A stretch of 64,000 nucleotides of DNA from Eledone cirrhosa (lineage: Eukaryota). The notes below the pieces were generated by a model that saw only the letters and a list, made by a program, of their open reading frames with translations, did not search any database and was not told where the DNA came from. How positions within the stretch are numbered: the first letter of the stretch is position 1; each line of letters opens with the position of its first letter. The stretch spans positions 40,362,001-40,426,000 of the forward strand of contig OZ024755.1 of the NCBI GenBank assembly GCA_964016885.1, read 5' to 3'. The position numbers and the translations under genes are program-made. This document shows positions 30,330-41,627 of the stretch, one piece after another.

Positions 30330-33300
30330 ATGGATGTGTTAAGAGTAGGATGTTTGAATGCACGTGGCCTGGGCTCAACTTGGAAGCAAGCAAAGCTTCT
30401 AAATGACCTCAGGTCATGTAGTATAAATGTAATGGTTATCTGTGAGACTCGAATCAGCGTCGTGCGGCAGCTGGCCCCCACCTTCGATGACTTTGAGGTG
30501 CATGCATCTCTCTGTCAACCTGGAGGTGGGGGTGGGGTTGTCGTACTGCTGCAAAAACACCTGGGTCTTGCCGTACAGGTTGTGGACTCGGACCCGGAGG
30601 GTCGTTTGTTGGTGCTAGACGTTGGCAGTAGTGAAAGTGCGGCCTTGAGACTGGTCGCCGTCTACTCCCCTTTCGGAGCTGAACGGCCCGACTTCTTCCA
30701 GCGTTTGGAGACTTTTCTGGGAACGTCGTGTTCCCTGCTTCTAGCGGGGGATTGGAATGACATCCTGGATGCACGTTGGGACTATGCAGGAGCATGTCCT
30801 AATAGAGGGGGGTGTAACAGCCTCAAGGGGTTACTCGACTGTTTTAACTTGGTCGATAGATATCGACTAGATTTTCCAACTGTGCCTACCTGGACTTGGA
30901 GAAACCACAGTGGTCAATCTAGATCGTACTTAGATAGATTCTTAGTTAGAAGTAAGGATAGGGACATATTAAGCTGTCCAGAAATGCGCACGGTTGGCTA
31001 CACGGATCACAAATTAGTGACCTGCGTGGTCAATCTCGAGAAAACACATAGACAGGGTCCCGGTTACTGGAAACTTAATTTGTCTTTACCGGCAAAAGAG
31101 ACTTACAGAAACCGGATTAGCAGATTAGTTAAGGAGAGGTTGACGGGTGCAATCGTCAACAACCGATGGTGGGCATCTCTCAAAAGAGAGATTAGAACAG
31201 AATCAATAAGTTATAGCAAGATGTTAGCTGCCGATAGGAATAGAAACGAGAAAGAATTAACAGGTAAATTAGAAGAGGCAATCAAGAGCGAAGATGTGGC
31301 CAGAGTGCTGGCATCGAGGACGGCCTTGAACCAGTTTTTCGATGCAAAGCACGAAGGCTGCGTCATTCGAAGTAAAATACGTGCTCTAGGTAATGAGGGG
31401 GCCAAAGCCGTTGGATGGGCCCGCGTGACAGAAGCTAAGAGTGGAAATCGATCCACCATCCGGTCGTTGCAAGACGAAGATGGACGAGTGATCCGGGAGC
31501 CCAAGCAGATGTGCGAGGCCTTTCAAAAGCACTTTGCCCGATTGTTCGGGGGAGGCGAGGGTCCGGGCCGGGGCGTGGATTTCGGTCCATACCTCGACGG
31601 CCTGCCGCGTCTCTCGAACGAAGAGGCAGAGTCCTGCGAGGGACCAATCTCGGCTGATGAGATCGGAGATGCGCTGAGCCAATGCAGCAGACGCAAATCT
31701 CCAGGTCTCGATGGTATACCTTACGAACTTTATTTAGCAATGCCGGTCTTCTTCTCCGAACTCCTCGAAGCGGTCTACTGCAATTGGCAGCAGAACGGGA
31801 GAATTCCTTGTTCTGTAGCCAAGGGCGTCGTCACGCTGGTGAGGAAGGACGAGAACAAGGGGGATAGTATAAATAATTTTCGGCCCATAACCCTGCTAAA
31901 CACAGAGTTAAATATTTTGGCCAAGGTGTTAGCAAAGAGGTTGGCGCTTGTCGTGGGTGGCCTGGTGGGAGATGCGCAGACATGTGCTATCCCATCCAGG
32001 TCCATTCACGATAACCTCCACCTCATGCGATACATCATAGAGAGGGTTGGCAACAAACCCGGCTTCGGTGGAGCCCTGATCAACTTGGATCAGTCTAAGG
32101 CCTTCGATAGGGTCGACCATGGTTACCTGGATGCGGTGCTAGCGGCGGCTGGGTTCGGTCCTGTTTTCAGAGGCTGGATCACTGCCCTACATAGCAACCA
32201 CATCTGTTCTAGGATCAAGGTGAACGGCTACCTTTCGAAGCCGTTCGAAATCACACGATCCATTCGACAGGGGTGCCCTCTCTCCTCCCTTCTGTACGTA
32301 TTGACTCTCGAGCCTTTACTGAGGAAGTTGGAGTTGTTGCAGGGTATCCCCCTGGAACCAGGATTGAGCAAAGCGGTGTCGGCCTACGCTGATGACGTAA
32401 CAGTAATGGTATCAACCGACTCGGAGATCGAGGCGATCGGTACCTTACTGGAGGAGTACGAAAGGTTGTCAGGAGCGAAACTGAACCGGGAAAAATCCAT
32501 CGGGCTGCAACTCGGAACGTGGAGAGGCAAACCGATGCCTCCTGACGGTGTCGTCGGACACTGGACGGAGGGCCCGGTAAAGTTGCTTGGGGTCTGGTTT
32601 GGACCGGACCTCCAGGTGGAAAAGAACTGGAACGAAGTTACGAACAAGGTGTTTGCACTAACCCAGAAATGGGCCAAGTGTAAGCTGTCCCTAAAAGGCC
32701 GGGCGGAGGTGGCGAACATTTACATAGCGTCCGTCACTTACTACCGCCTGACTGTCGTGCCTTGCCCTAAGGAAACACTCACCACCATGGAACGCATGCT
32801 CTTCCAATTTCTTTGGAAGAAGCGTCCTCCTATGGTGAGAAGATCCATCTGCTGCCAACAACCTTCGAAAGGAGGGCTGGGGATGCCGTGGTTGATGATG
32901 CGTAGGCACGCATTAAGGCTACGGCACCTACAGGTATTCCTCACTGGTCAACCGGTGTGGGCTCCGTTCGTGAAACGAGCCTTTCCGAGACTCGTCTCAC
33001 TCACCGAGCTACAGTCCTGGGTCAAGCAAAGATCCGGAAAACTGGGAGACTGGCACACTGAGTGTGCTCAGGCGCTCAGGGCTCTCTGGCAAGCGGGCCA
33101 GGCGATCGGTGGAGAATCCACCTCATCATTCTATAGAGGGCTGGTGGCTAGCAGGGGCGATGACACCCTTGGAGAGTCGCTGGACATGGAAGAAGACGAA
33201 CTGGCCAGCCTGTTCGGTAGGACTATCGGCCCAGGACCAATGGACAACTTCCAGAAGTCACTGGCCTGGCAGTGTTACCGAGGGGCTCTACCCGTTCGAG

Positions 33301-33767
33301 AGAGGCTCTACAGACACGGGCGCCCGGGCAGGGATCCCTCAAAAAAGATTTGCCCTAGATGCGTGCGTCACGAAGAAACCGTAGCGCACGCATTGGTGCA
33401 ATGTCCGGGCGTGGCTGATCTGTGGGGCTACGCCGAACAACTGCTGTCGCGGGTGGCGCCGATTAAATTGACCGCCGAGTCCGTGATGACAATCAAACCG
33501 CCTCCCCTCTTCACAAAGGAAGCAAAGGCGGTTTTTCTGTGCGTAATAGCCATGTTGAAAGAGGTTGTTTGGTGGACACGATTGAAAGGTCTGAGGTCAG
33601 ACAACTTCCTCTCTGGCCATAGTCTGGTCTACTTCTTCCGATATCACTTCGGAAGAAGGATAAGAATGGAGAGAGAGGTGCTTGGCCACAGGCAGTTTTA
33701 TGAAAGGTGGGTGATAGTGGCGAGAATGGCTCGTGTAAATGGGCCTTCTCTGTATACCATCCTGTAG
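30330..33767 (+). CDS. ORF2 polyprotein: APE endonuclease, reverse transcriptase and C-terminal zinc finger (1145 aa)
   Basis: Endonuclease motifs LNARGL, GDWND, YLDRF, TDH; PGYWKLN linker; RT motifs KSPGLDG, NFRPITLLN, LDQSKAFDRVDH, RQGCPLS, YADD; zinc finger CPRC..ETVAHALVQC. Confidence 0.96.
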   Translation: MDVLRVGCLNARGLGSTWKQAKLLNDLRSCSINVMVICETRISVVRQLAPTFDDFEVHASLCQPGGGGGVVVLLQKHLGLAVQVVDSDPEGRLLVLDVGSSESAALRLVAVYSPFGAERPDFFQRLETFLGTSCSLLLAGDWNDILDARWDYAGACPNRGGCNSLKGLLDCFNLVDRYRLDFPTVPTWTWRNHSGQSRSYLDRFLVRSKDRDILSCPEMRTVGYTDHKLVTCVVNLEKTHRQGPGYWKLNLSLPAKETYRNRISRLVKERLTGAIVNNRWWASLKREIRTESISYSKMLAADRNRNEKELTGKLEEAIKSEDVARVLASRTALNQFFDAKHEGCVIRSKIRALGNEGAKAVGWARVTEAKSGNRSTIRSLQDEDGRVIREPKQMCEAFQKHFARLFGGGEGPGRGVDFGPYLDGLPRLSNEEAESCEGPISADEIGDALSQCSRRKSPGLDGIPYELYLAMPVFFSELLEAVYCNWQQNGRIPCSVAKGVVTLVRKDENKGDSINNFRPITLLNTELNILAKVLAKRLALVVGGLVGDAQTCAIPSRSIHDNLHLMRYIIERVGNKPGFGGALINLDQSKAFDRVDHGYLDAVLAAAGFGPVFRGWITALHSNHICSRIKVNGYLSKPFEITRSIRQGCPLSSLLYVLTLEPLLRKLELLQGIPLEPGLSKAVSAYADDVTVMVSTDSEIEAIGTLLEEYERLSGAKLNREKSIGLQLGTWRGKPMPPDGVVGHWTEGPVKLLGVWFGPDLQVEKNWNEVTNKVFALTQKWAKCKLSLKGRAEVANIYIASVTYYRLTVVPCPKETLTTMERMLFQFLWKKRPPMVRRSICCQQPSKGGLGMPWLMMRRHALRLRHLQVFLTGQPVWAPFVKRAFPRLVSLTELQSWVKQRSGKLGDWHTECAQALRALWQAGQAIGGESTSSFYRGLVASRGDDTLGESLDMEEDELASLFGRTIGPGPMDNFQKSLAWQCYRGALPVRERLYRHGRPGRDPSKKICPRCVRHEETVAHALVQCPGVADLWGYAEQLLSRVAPIKLTAESVMTIKPPPLFTKEAKAVFLCVIAMLKEVVWWTRLKGLRSDNFLSGHSLVYFFRYHFGRRIRMEREVLGHRQFYERWVIVARMARVNGPSLYTIL

Positions 33768-33982
33768 GTAAAGAAGTAAAGGAGAGGGGAGCACCTTCTC
33801 CATGTGCTCCCCGGGCAAAGGATTGCACACTTTTTCGGGGGTGTGTGCAACCCCCATCACGTCCCCTCCCTTTTGAGGTTATTTTCGATTATTTTCATGT
33901 TACACCCTTTTTACTCGATTATATGTAAACTCCCCCTTTGTATTTGTCCCTTCTTTTTATGCCTTTATGGTAAATAAAGAAA

Positions 33983-33992
33983 TCTATCTATA

Positions 33993-34073
<81 letters not shown>
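33983..34073. repeat. (TATC)n microsatellite between the two Tx1 elements
   Basis: Directly visible. Confidence 0.98.
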
Positions 34074-36500
34074 CGGATAGTCTTGACCTGCGCTGGTAAG
34101 TTTTTTGTCATTTTTGCATACAAAAAACCGGAATTTTTGTTGAAAAAATATATTGTTTCGTAGATTAACCCCCAGGCTGAATCGTCAGCTGGGCCGTAAT
34201 TTCACTTTTCGCCCCACAGGGGCGGAAATTTTATTTGAAACAGCTTTCAAAAAAAAATATATATATATATATAAGAAAAGCAGAAATTAACGTTACCGCA
34301 ACGCCTGCCTGCTTAAACGTCACTATGGTGACAAATAGTGACAACACAGTTTTGTTTCGCCAAGAAGGCGAAAAAAGCAACTCACAAAATGGACCACACA
34401 GCATAGAACACACATCAAAACCACAAATTTCGAAACAATTTTCACAACTATAAACCAAAAAAGTGACAACCACAACAACAACCACAACACCAAAACAATA
34501 TCTTTCGCACAGACTAATATAAAAAACAAAACTTCAAAAATCTTGATATCTCCAATGCGAGGGAGATGCTTAGTCAGGCAAAGAAATGTGTGACTTTCGA
34601 GGAGAAGGGTGGGTTTAAAATAAACTCACCCCGACCACGAAATCCGCCTTGAAACATTACGAAGAACAGTCACCTTCAGAACTGTTTCAAATGATACAAG
34701 AAAGCCGGCATTCCTCAGTCAAGGGGAAATAGAAACGACATTGAAGGAGGCTTTGCCGGATATAGATTTCATGCAGAGGGCCAGAGAGTATGGAAGCATT
34801 TCGGTGCTCCTCAAAAGCGAGGCCCTCACACAGAAATATTCTGTAACTCCAGTAACTTCCGCTAAATACACCTTTTTTCCCTACTTACCTGGGGAAAAGG
34901 ACCCAAAAGATAACAATCTCAAATATACCACCAAATATTAATATTTGGTAGATTTTGGCTGGATTTTTAGAGGAGGGAGAGGACACCATCCTCTGCATCA
35001 AAAAATCAACCAGACACACGTGGTCTGGTACAAATTTAGAGGTTTTGGTGCAAATGAGGCCGGAGAGAATCTCCAAGATTCCGGAAAAAGTACTGGTGGA
35101 TAATAACAGCCACATCAACATTTCCACTGAAGTGGAGGCCGCACTGCTTTCGATGTGCCAGCACATCGCATTTAAAGGCCTCCTGCCCTTTACAGACAAA
35201 CTTTTAAAAAAGCAAGCCAAAAAAATACTCACACCACCACAACAACACCACACAAAACAAGCAAACACACCAAAACAAACAACTCAACCAACAACAGAAA
35301 AAACAGACAACTCCCCTGAAGAACACAGTCCCACTCATCCCACTCCATCCATCACTACCACAAACACACACACTAAAACACCATCACCTCACAACATACC
35401 CCTCCCACACACTCCTGATGACGATTATTCAGCACCCAAATGGGGATTGAACAACCCGATCTCCATGAAACGAAAAGTTAAGTGCATATTTTCGTCCTTT
35501 TCCACCAACTCTTCTCCACCAACATGGCGAATCTACGAGTTGGAAGTGTGAATGTGCGTGGCCTAGGGATGCCCTGGAAACAGGGCCAACTTTTCAACGA
35601 TCGTAGGTCACACGGTGTGGATGTGATAGCCATCACCGAGTCCAGAATCCACAACAGGCAGCAACTAACCCTCATCTTCAATGACTTTGAGATCTACGCA
35701 TCTCTCTGTCAGCCAGGAGGTGGGGGGGGAGTGGCTGTCATGTTTCGGAAAAACCTGGACCTCGAAATACAGCAAATACACTTCGAGTCGGAGGGTAGAC
35801 TGGTAGACCTAGACGTGAACAATGTTGGAGTTGGAGCCTTCAGACTGCTTATTTCGTCCCCCTTGTTCTCGTCTTTCCTAATCAGCGTTACTACGCCCCT
35901 GCCTGCAGAACTGGGAATTCTCCCGTTCTGCTGCCAGATGCAGCAGACGGCTTCCAGGACGCCAGAGAACAAGTCTGGCATACCTATGTAAAACTCATAG
36001 GGTAGACCATCTAGACCGGGTGATTTGCGTTTCCAGCAGCGGCCCAGAGCGTCCCGTGTCTCAGTGGCTGTGATCGGTCTTTCGCAGAACTTGGCGTCCA
36101 TGGTCGAGAGACGCAGCAGGCGCAAAGTGCCACTGAAAGGCCGTGCATATCCGCTTGGAGTCAAGTAGTACGCGTCCGTTTTGGTCTTTCAAAGACCGAA
36201 TCATGGACTTGTGCCACTTTTCGCCTCTGCCACTCGGGCCCAGCTAACAGTTTTTGCTCCCTCGTTTCCTATAGCACGTGATCTACTCCTGACCACGCAG
36301 CCTTCGTGTTTCGCATCGAAGAACTGGTCTAGTGCCGTTCTCGTTGCTAGCACTCTAGCTGCGTTGCCACTCCTAAGCGCCTCCTCTACCTTGGCTACTA
36401 GTTCTCTTTCTGTCTTGTTTTTCTCTAGAGCTAGTTAGATAGCTAAAAGCTATCGACTCTACTCAAATTGCTCTCTTGAGAGAGTACCAACACCTATTAT
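34074..36500 (+). mobile_element. Second, decayed Tx1-like LINE with an internal inversion (35848-36500 on the minus strand)
   Basis: ORF1 remnants (ISFAQ; VQMRPERISKIP) and an ORF2 start MANLRVGSVNVRGLG at 35525 are homologous to the first element. The minus strand of 35848-36500 encodes the ALDQFFDAKHEGC and KSPGLDGLPYE...KDENKGD segments. Confidence 0.9.
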
Positions 36501-36540
36501 AGATAATTAGATAATCAACAAACTATATGACTCATTGTTT

Positions 36541-36546
36541 TTATAT

Positions 36547-36635
<89 letters not shown>

Positions 36636-36646
36636 TATATATATAT
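36541..36646. repeat. (TA)n microsatellite
   Basis: Directly visible. Confidence 0.97.
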
Positions 36647-36956
36647 ACGATATTAACAAATGGAAACTATATTTATAAAACCATATCTATTTTATTATAC
36701 ATATTTCAAGGATACCATGTTAAATTATGGTATGCTTTCATCAGACAAAATACAATATATACCAGTTTTATAAATAAACATTGACGTACCCTTTCAAAAT
36801 GCAACCGTTACTTTTGGAATACATCAAGGATAGTCTATAAAACTGGTATATATTGTATTTTGAAAGCATACCATAATTTAACATGGTATCCTTGAAATAT
36901 GTATAATAAAATAGATATGGTTTTATAAATATAGTTTCCATTTGTTAATATCGTAT
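36644..36956. mobile_element. Fold-back element (arms about 36644-36772 and 36837-36956) carrying a hammerhead; PLE pLTR-like
   Basis: Near-perfect ~120-bp inverted arms abutting a (TA)n tract. Confidence 0.75.
36689..36751 (-). ncRNA. Type I hammerhead ribozyme motif
   Basis: Minus strand reads ATTTTGT-CTGATGA-AAGCATACCAT(aatttaac)ATGGTATCCTT-GAAA-TATGTA-TA-ATAAAAT. Stems I and II pair; predicted cleavage after AUA. Confidence 0.8.
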
Positions 36957-37102
36957 ATTTACTCCAAATACTTGTCGAGCGCTTTATATCAGTTATAAAA
37001 ATATTTGCTTGTTGTATCCCAACAATTTAAATAGAACTTTTGCATATATATATATAGAGAGAGAGAGATTACAATAATCAAAGTTCAGTTTAAATCATTT
37101 AT

Positions 37103-37151
37103 TTGCTTACAATTGTTTCCTCCAAACCGAGGTCTGGATTCTTCGGAGTAA
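37103..37151 (-). ncRNA. Degenerate type I hammerhead motif (CCGAAGA core)
   Basis: Minus strand reads TTACT-CCGAAGA-aTCCAGAC(ctcg)GTTTGGAg-GAAA-CAATTG-TA-AGCAA, with a palindromic stem III. Confidence 0.55.
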
Positions 37152-38224
37152 CTATTTAGTGATCTATAACATACTTGACCTCCTTTTCAACACAAGAGAC
37201 ATATAAAAACATATGCACATATTGATCCACAGTGGGATGACATCCATCAAAATGATATAGCATGGCAATTTACATATAAAGGTTAAAGGATAAAGATAAA
37301 AATAAAAATAAAAATAAAAATGAAGCATTGGCAGTCTATGAAGATAAAGCAAGAGGAAAGTTTAGAGTAGTCAGTGTATGAAACAATCTCACGTGTAGCA
37401 TGCACGCGTGTCTTATTTATACAGGATGAGAGTGCGTCAGAATGTTACTTGCAGGGTCAGGCAGTTGAAGCAGGCAATCGATATTATTATGTGGGCTGAA
37501 TTATTAAATCATTTATTCGCATACACCTGTATGATATACAGTCCCGAATGTGGAGAAACACCAAAATATCAAAAATATCAAACATATTATAAAACATACT
37601 ATATCGTAGGCAAAACAGTACCACTGTCTTCGCGCACACCACCACTCACATAATCCATGAGACGCAATATATAGACCACGGGTCTATCATATAATTCACG
37701 ATGGTTCGGCATATAACCAAGTTATAAACCGTATCTTGTCGATTCTTAATTAATAGATCATGTTGTTTAGTTTTGTGTGATGATACTATATTCCGGAAGT
37801 GTGTGTATGACCAAGGGGAATTAATGCGTAAGGGGAGGTAACTAGCTGGTTTACTTAGTTAAATTTATTATCCTAAACTACACTAATGGTGTTTCAAATA
37901 AGTGCCTATCATATGATGTTATAACTAATTTCTAGATTATGTTACTTATCTATAGGTTACAGTGTAGTCTATTAAGAAGTACTAAAGGTGTATACATCAG
38001 GATGATTACCTTCTATATATTGATACACCTTATTTTGTCTGCTCTCAGAAGAGTGTATATTTTAGTTGTATGCACAGACATAATGGAGTAATCACTCCGA
38101 TGTTCTTATAACACCACTATACCTGTCCCCCTTATGGTAGATAGAACACCCCTTAGGGAGTCGGATATATTACTTGGTGGCCATAGTAGCGGCGTATTAC
38201 CTTATTATATCCAATACGGCCGAG

Positions 38225-38300
38225 ATAAACTTTGCCTTTCATACTTCAGGGGTTGAGAAAATAAGGAACCAGTGATTTACTGGGGTCGAAGTAATCTGCT
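38225..38300 (+). mobile_element. Degenerate SINE core fragment
   Basis: AACTTTGCCTTTCATACTTCAGGGGTTGAGAAAATAAGGAACCAGT resembles the core of the 43881 SINE. Confidence 0.6.
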
Positions 38301-38419
38301 TACACTCCACTCCGAATTACTGTGTTTAAATTAGTAACTGTTATATCACCTCTGTAGTATCACATCTATCTATACTTGCCGGCTCTTTAGTATTACTTCG
38401 ATCTTCATATGCCGGCTTT

Positions 38420-38897
38420 ATAGTATCCCACCTATACTCACCTCAGATGCCTGCCCTATATTATTAAATCCACCCTACACATCGGGTCTATAGTGCTACA
38501 TCTATCTATCTCTCTATATGTGCCTGCTCTTTAGTATTACATCTATCTCACGAGCCTACTGTATAGTTCTTCATCTATTTATATGTGCCAGCTTATCGTA
38601 TTACATCCATCCTACGCACCGGCTCTATAGTATCCCACCTATACTTACCTCAGGTGCCGGCTCTATAGTATCCCACCTATACTCAGCGTAGGTGCCGTTT
38701 CTATAGTACCCCACCAATACTCACCCTAGGTGCCGTTTCTAAAGTACCCCACCTATACTCACCTCAGGTGCCGGCTGTATAGTACCCCACCTATACTCAC
38801 CTCAGGTGCCGTTTCTATAGTACTCCACCTATACTCACCCCAGGTGCCGTTTCTAAAGTACCCCACCTATACTCACCTCAGGTGCCGGCTCTATAGC
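38420..38897. repeat. 38-bp minisatellite (CTATAGTACCCCACCTATACTCACCTCAGGTGCCGGCT); about 7 well-conserved units plus a degenerate left flank
   Basis: Unit starts at 38625, 38663, 38701, 38739 and onward. Confidence 0.9.
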
Positions 38898-39087
38898 ATT
38901 ACATGTATCCTCCCCTCCAAAGTATATACCTATAAAGAGTTACCTTCACTTGAAATATTTATTTATGACAGAAATGTGAATTATTTTTGTTTTCTCTGTT
39001 TCGAGAAAATACAGCTTTCTCAAACATATAAACTTCTTGAATGAGGTTACATACCTGGGTGAAGTAAATACGTGTCTTTCATGTTTC

Positions 39088-39377
39088 TGACACCAGTAAC
39101 ATAACAGTGCCCCATCATGGCCACAGGCTAATGACTGACACCATTAACATAACAGTACCCCAGTATGGCCAGTCTAATGACTGACACCAGTAACATAACA
39201 GTGCCCCATCATGGCCACAGTCTAATGACTGACACCAGTAACATAACAGTACCCCAGCATGGCCACAGTCTAATGACTGCCACCAGTAACATAACTACCC
39301 CAGTATGGCCACAGTCTAATGACTGACACCAGTAACATAACAGTGCCCCAGCATGGCCACAGTCTAATGACTGACAA
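39088..39377. repeat. Orphan island of about 6 units of the 48-bp satellite
   Basis: Same consensus and orientation as the 1-27900 array. Confidence 0.96.
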
Positions 39378-39499
39378 GTGACAGAGATGTATGTGTCAAG
39401 TAAACATCTTCTTATAATTCAAATAAACTGAAGCGAACTTGCTTTTTTTGATATTTTATTGTTTAAATTAAGTTTCTTAGATCAGATATCGATCAGATA

Positions 39500-40035
39500 T
39501 CGAGTCTTTCATCCTGTCGAAGTCGATACAAAAAGTACCAGTCTAATACTGGTGTCGAATCTTCCTTTATATCTCTTTCTCATTTCCTCTCTCTCACTTT
39601 CTATCTTTCTCTGGAAGAAATCTGCTGTAGTCAGACCTAGAGAGGGGTGGGCTCCACCAGGTCAGACCTAGAGAGGGGTGGGCTCCACCAGGTCAGACCT
39701 AGAGAGGGGTGGGCTCCACCAGGTCAGACCTAGAGAGGTGTGGGCTCCACCAGGTCAGACCTGGAGAGGGGTGGGCTCCACCAGGTCAGACCTGAAGAGG
39801 GATGGGCTCAACCAGGTCAGACCTAGAGAGGGGTGGGCTCCACCAGGTCAGACCTAGAGAGGGGTGGGCTCCACCAGGTCAGACCTGGAGAGGGGTGGGC
39901 TCCACCAGGTCAGACCTAGAGAGGGGTGGGCTCCACCAGGTCAGACCTGGAGAGGGGTGGGCTCCACCAAGTTTAAAATGCCCAAGAATCACAGTCACCG
40001 TATGTCAATAAGGCACCCCACCGACTCTATCAGTA
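39500..40035 (+). mobile_element. SINE-like repeat (degenerate core plus long tail) containing an internal 31-bp minisatellite
   Basis: The core CTTTCATCCTGTCGAAGTCGATACAAAAAGTACCAGT resembles the SINE core. The tail is homologous to 44255-44430 on the minus strand. Confidence 0.6.
39630..39969. repeat. 31-bp GC-rich minisatellite GTCAGACCTAGAGAGGGGTGGGCTCCACCAG, about 11 copies
   Basis: Directly visible periodicity. Confidence 0.97.
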
Positions 40036-40108
40036 GTTACAGGACCATACATACAGATCATGTGTGTGTGTGTGTGTGTGTTTGTCTATATATATATATA
40101 TATAATCA

Positions 40109-40622
40109 AGGTATATATTGAGTTAGAAACTCAAAATAGTCTCTTACAATTAAATAGCTCAAAGAAAGAGGTTTATCTGAGCCGTCTAATATAATTGAAT
40201 ATAAAAGAGAGATAAACACTGATATAAACATACGTGTTCAACTCGTAAGGGACCAGATTCGATTTGAACACACGTATGTTTTTATCTGTGTTTATCTCTC
40301 TTTTATATTCAATTACACGGCTCAAAAAAACCTCTTTCTTTGAGCTATTTAATTGTAAGAGACTATTTTGAGTTATTAACTCAATATATACCTTTGATAT
40401 ATTCGGCTCCTTCAATTTGTCGAGCTAATTTATGGGTGTCTTGTAGTTGCCAAATATCGGTTTGTATTTCTTTTCTTGATTTATTATTTTAAATTGAGTC
40501 TAGCAAACCCTATTGTTAAAAGTTATTATTTTTTTTCACCCTAGCGAATATGGTCCTTTGCGATTTGAACGCATATATATATGTTTTTATCTGTGTTTAT
40601 CCCTCTTTTATATTGAATTATA
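40109..40622. mobile_element. Fold-back plus partial direct repeat element (~300-bp unit) between (TA)n tracts
   Basis: Inverted arms 40109-40247 and 40260-40393. 40260-40315 repeats at 40561-40620. A homolog lies at 45050-45290. Confidence 0.7.
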
Positions 40623-40639
40623 TATTTATATATATATAT

Positions 40640-41073
40640 AAACGGAAAAAATGAAACGAAATTTCATTTCTCACTCTTAGTACGGCTGTTACTTAAATAT
40701 AAGTATGTATACGTACATACATATATGTATACAGACGTACAATAGTATGTATATATATATGCACACATATATATATATGTGCGTATGGATTCACCGAACA
40801 TTTATTATAATGCAGGAAGGTATACGTTGCTGACGATAGCTAATAAGCTTGAAACTAGTACAGCGTTCCTTTGTCAGTGTTGAACAAATGAGCGACGATG
40901 GTTGCTAGACACTGTACGGCTTAACTCGGGATGTTTGTTTACAAACACACCGGGCATTATAATAAATGTTCGGTGAGTCCATACGTACATATATATATGT
41001 GTGCATGTATGTATATATATATATATACATACTACTGTACGTCTGTATACATATATGTATGTACGTATACATA

Positions 41074-41077
<4 letters not shown>
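40640..41077. mobile_element. Fold-back element with a hammerhead in the spacer
   Basis: Inverted arms about 40700-40813 and 40954-41077. The left end resembles 45432-45510. Confidence 0.7.
40824..40866 (+). ncRNA. Minimal type I hammerhead ribozyme
   Basis: ACGTTG-CTGACGA-tAGC(taataa)GCTt-GAAA-CTAG-TA-CAGCGT. Stem III is the palindrome ACTAGT; GUA cleavage site. Confidence 0.8.
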
Positions 41078-41112
<35 letters not shown>

Positions 41113-41119
41113 ATAATAC

Positions 41120-41180
<61 letters not shown>

Positions 41181-41576
41181 ATAATACTAAATATATATAT
41201 ATATATATATATATATAGTAATAATACTAAATTTGAAGACTAAAATCCAAAGAGGGCTCGATAAGGATAAATATATATCAGATATATAAGAACCATAGAA
41301 CAAATTGTTCTCACCGCTCCACATATGACGTATTATCTTCGTTTTTTTCGTCCATTGCCAGAGAACGTCTCCATTGAGAACATTAGTCTGCGACTTCTTT
41401 TATACCATAAACGTGGTTTTTATCTTTGCGTGTAATTGTTTTCACCGCACCAAATAATGACGTATTATCTTCGTTTTTTCCGTTCTTTCCACGAACCAAA
41501 GTATCGTCTTCCTGTCTTCCTCCGGTTGCAACGTTTTTTGAAATATTTACTTCTGCGTTCACAGATTGACTTTTTT

Positions 41577-41627
41577 AGTTTCAGAAGATCCCGTTAAGGG
41601 TGAAAGCAGTGATTCTTTGCTTAAACT
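41577..41627 (+). ncRNA. Type I hammerhead variant with CAGAAGA core
   Basis: AGTTT-CAGAAGA-tCCC(gttaa)GGGt-GAA-AGCA(gtgattctt)TGCT-T-AAACT; all three stems pair. A 5'-truncated copy is at about 52578-52630. Confidence 0.65.

Larger units (their letters stand above)
28504..33982 (+). mobile_element. Tx1-clade (L1 group) non-LTR retrotransposon with 19-bp TSD TCTATCTATATATCTATCT
   Basis: ORF1 remnant plus ORF2 (EN-RT-CCHC), then a pyrimidine-rich 3' UTR ending AATAAAGAAA. TSD copies are at 28485-28503 and 33983-34001. Confidence 0.92.

Noticed and set aside
29144-33928. Antisense and alternative-frame ORFs within the Tx1 element
   Set aside because: They are shadows of the GC-richer LINE coding sequence with no recognisable motifs.
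34165-34232. Hairpins in the 5' region of the second Tx1 as an HDV-like ribozyme
   Set aside because: The nested double pseudoknot could not be assembled by eye.
38040-38090. Third CAGAAGA-core hammerhead
   Set aside because: Stems I and II can pair, but GAAA and stem III are missing; at best a decayed copy.
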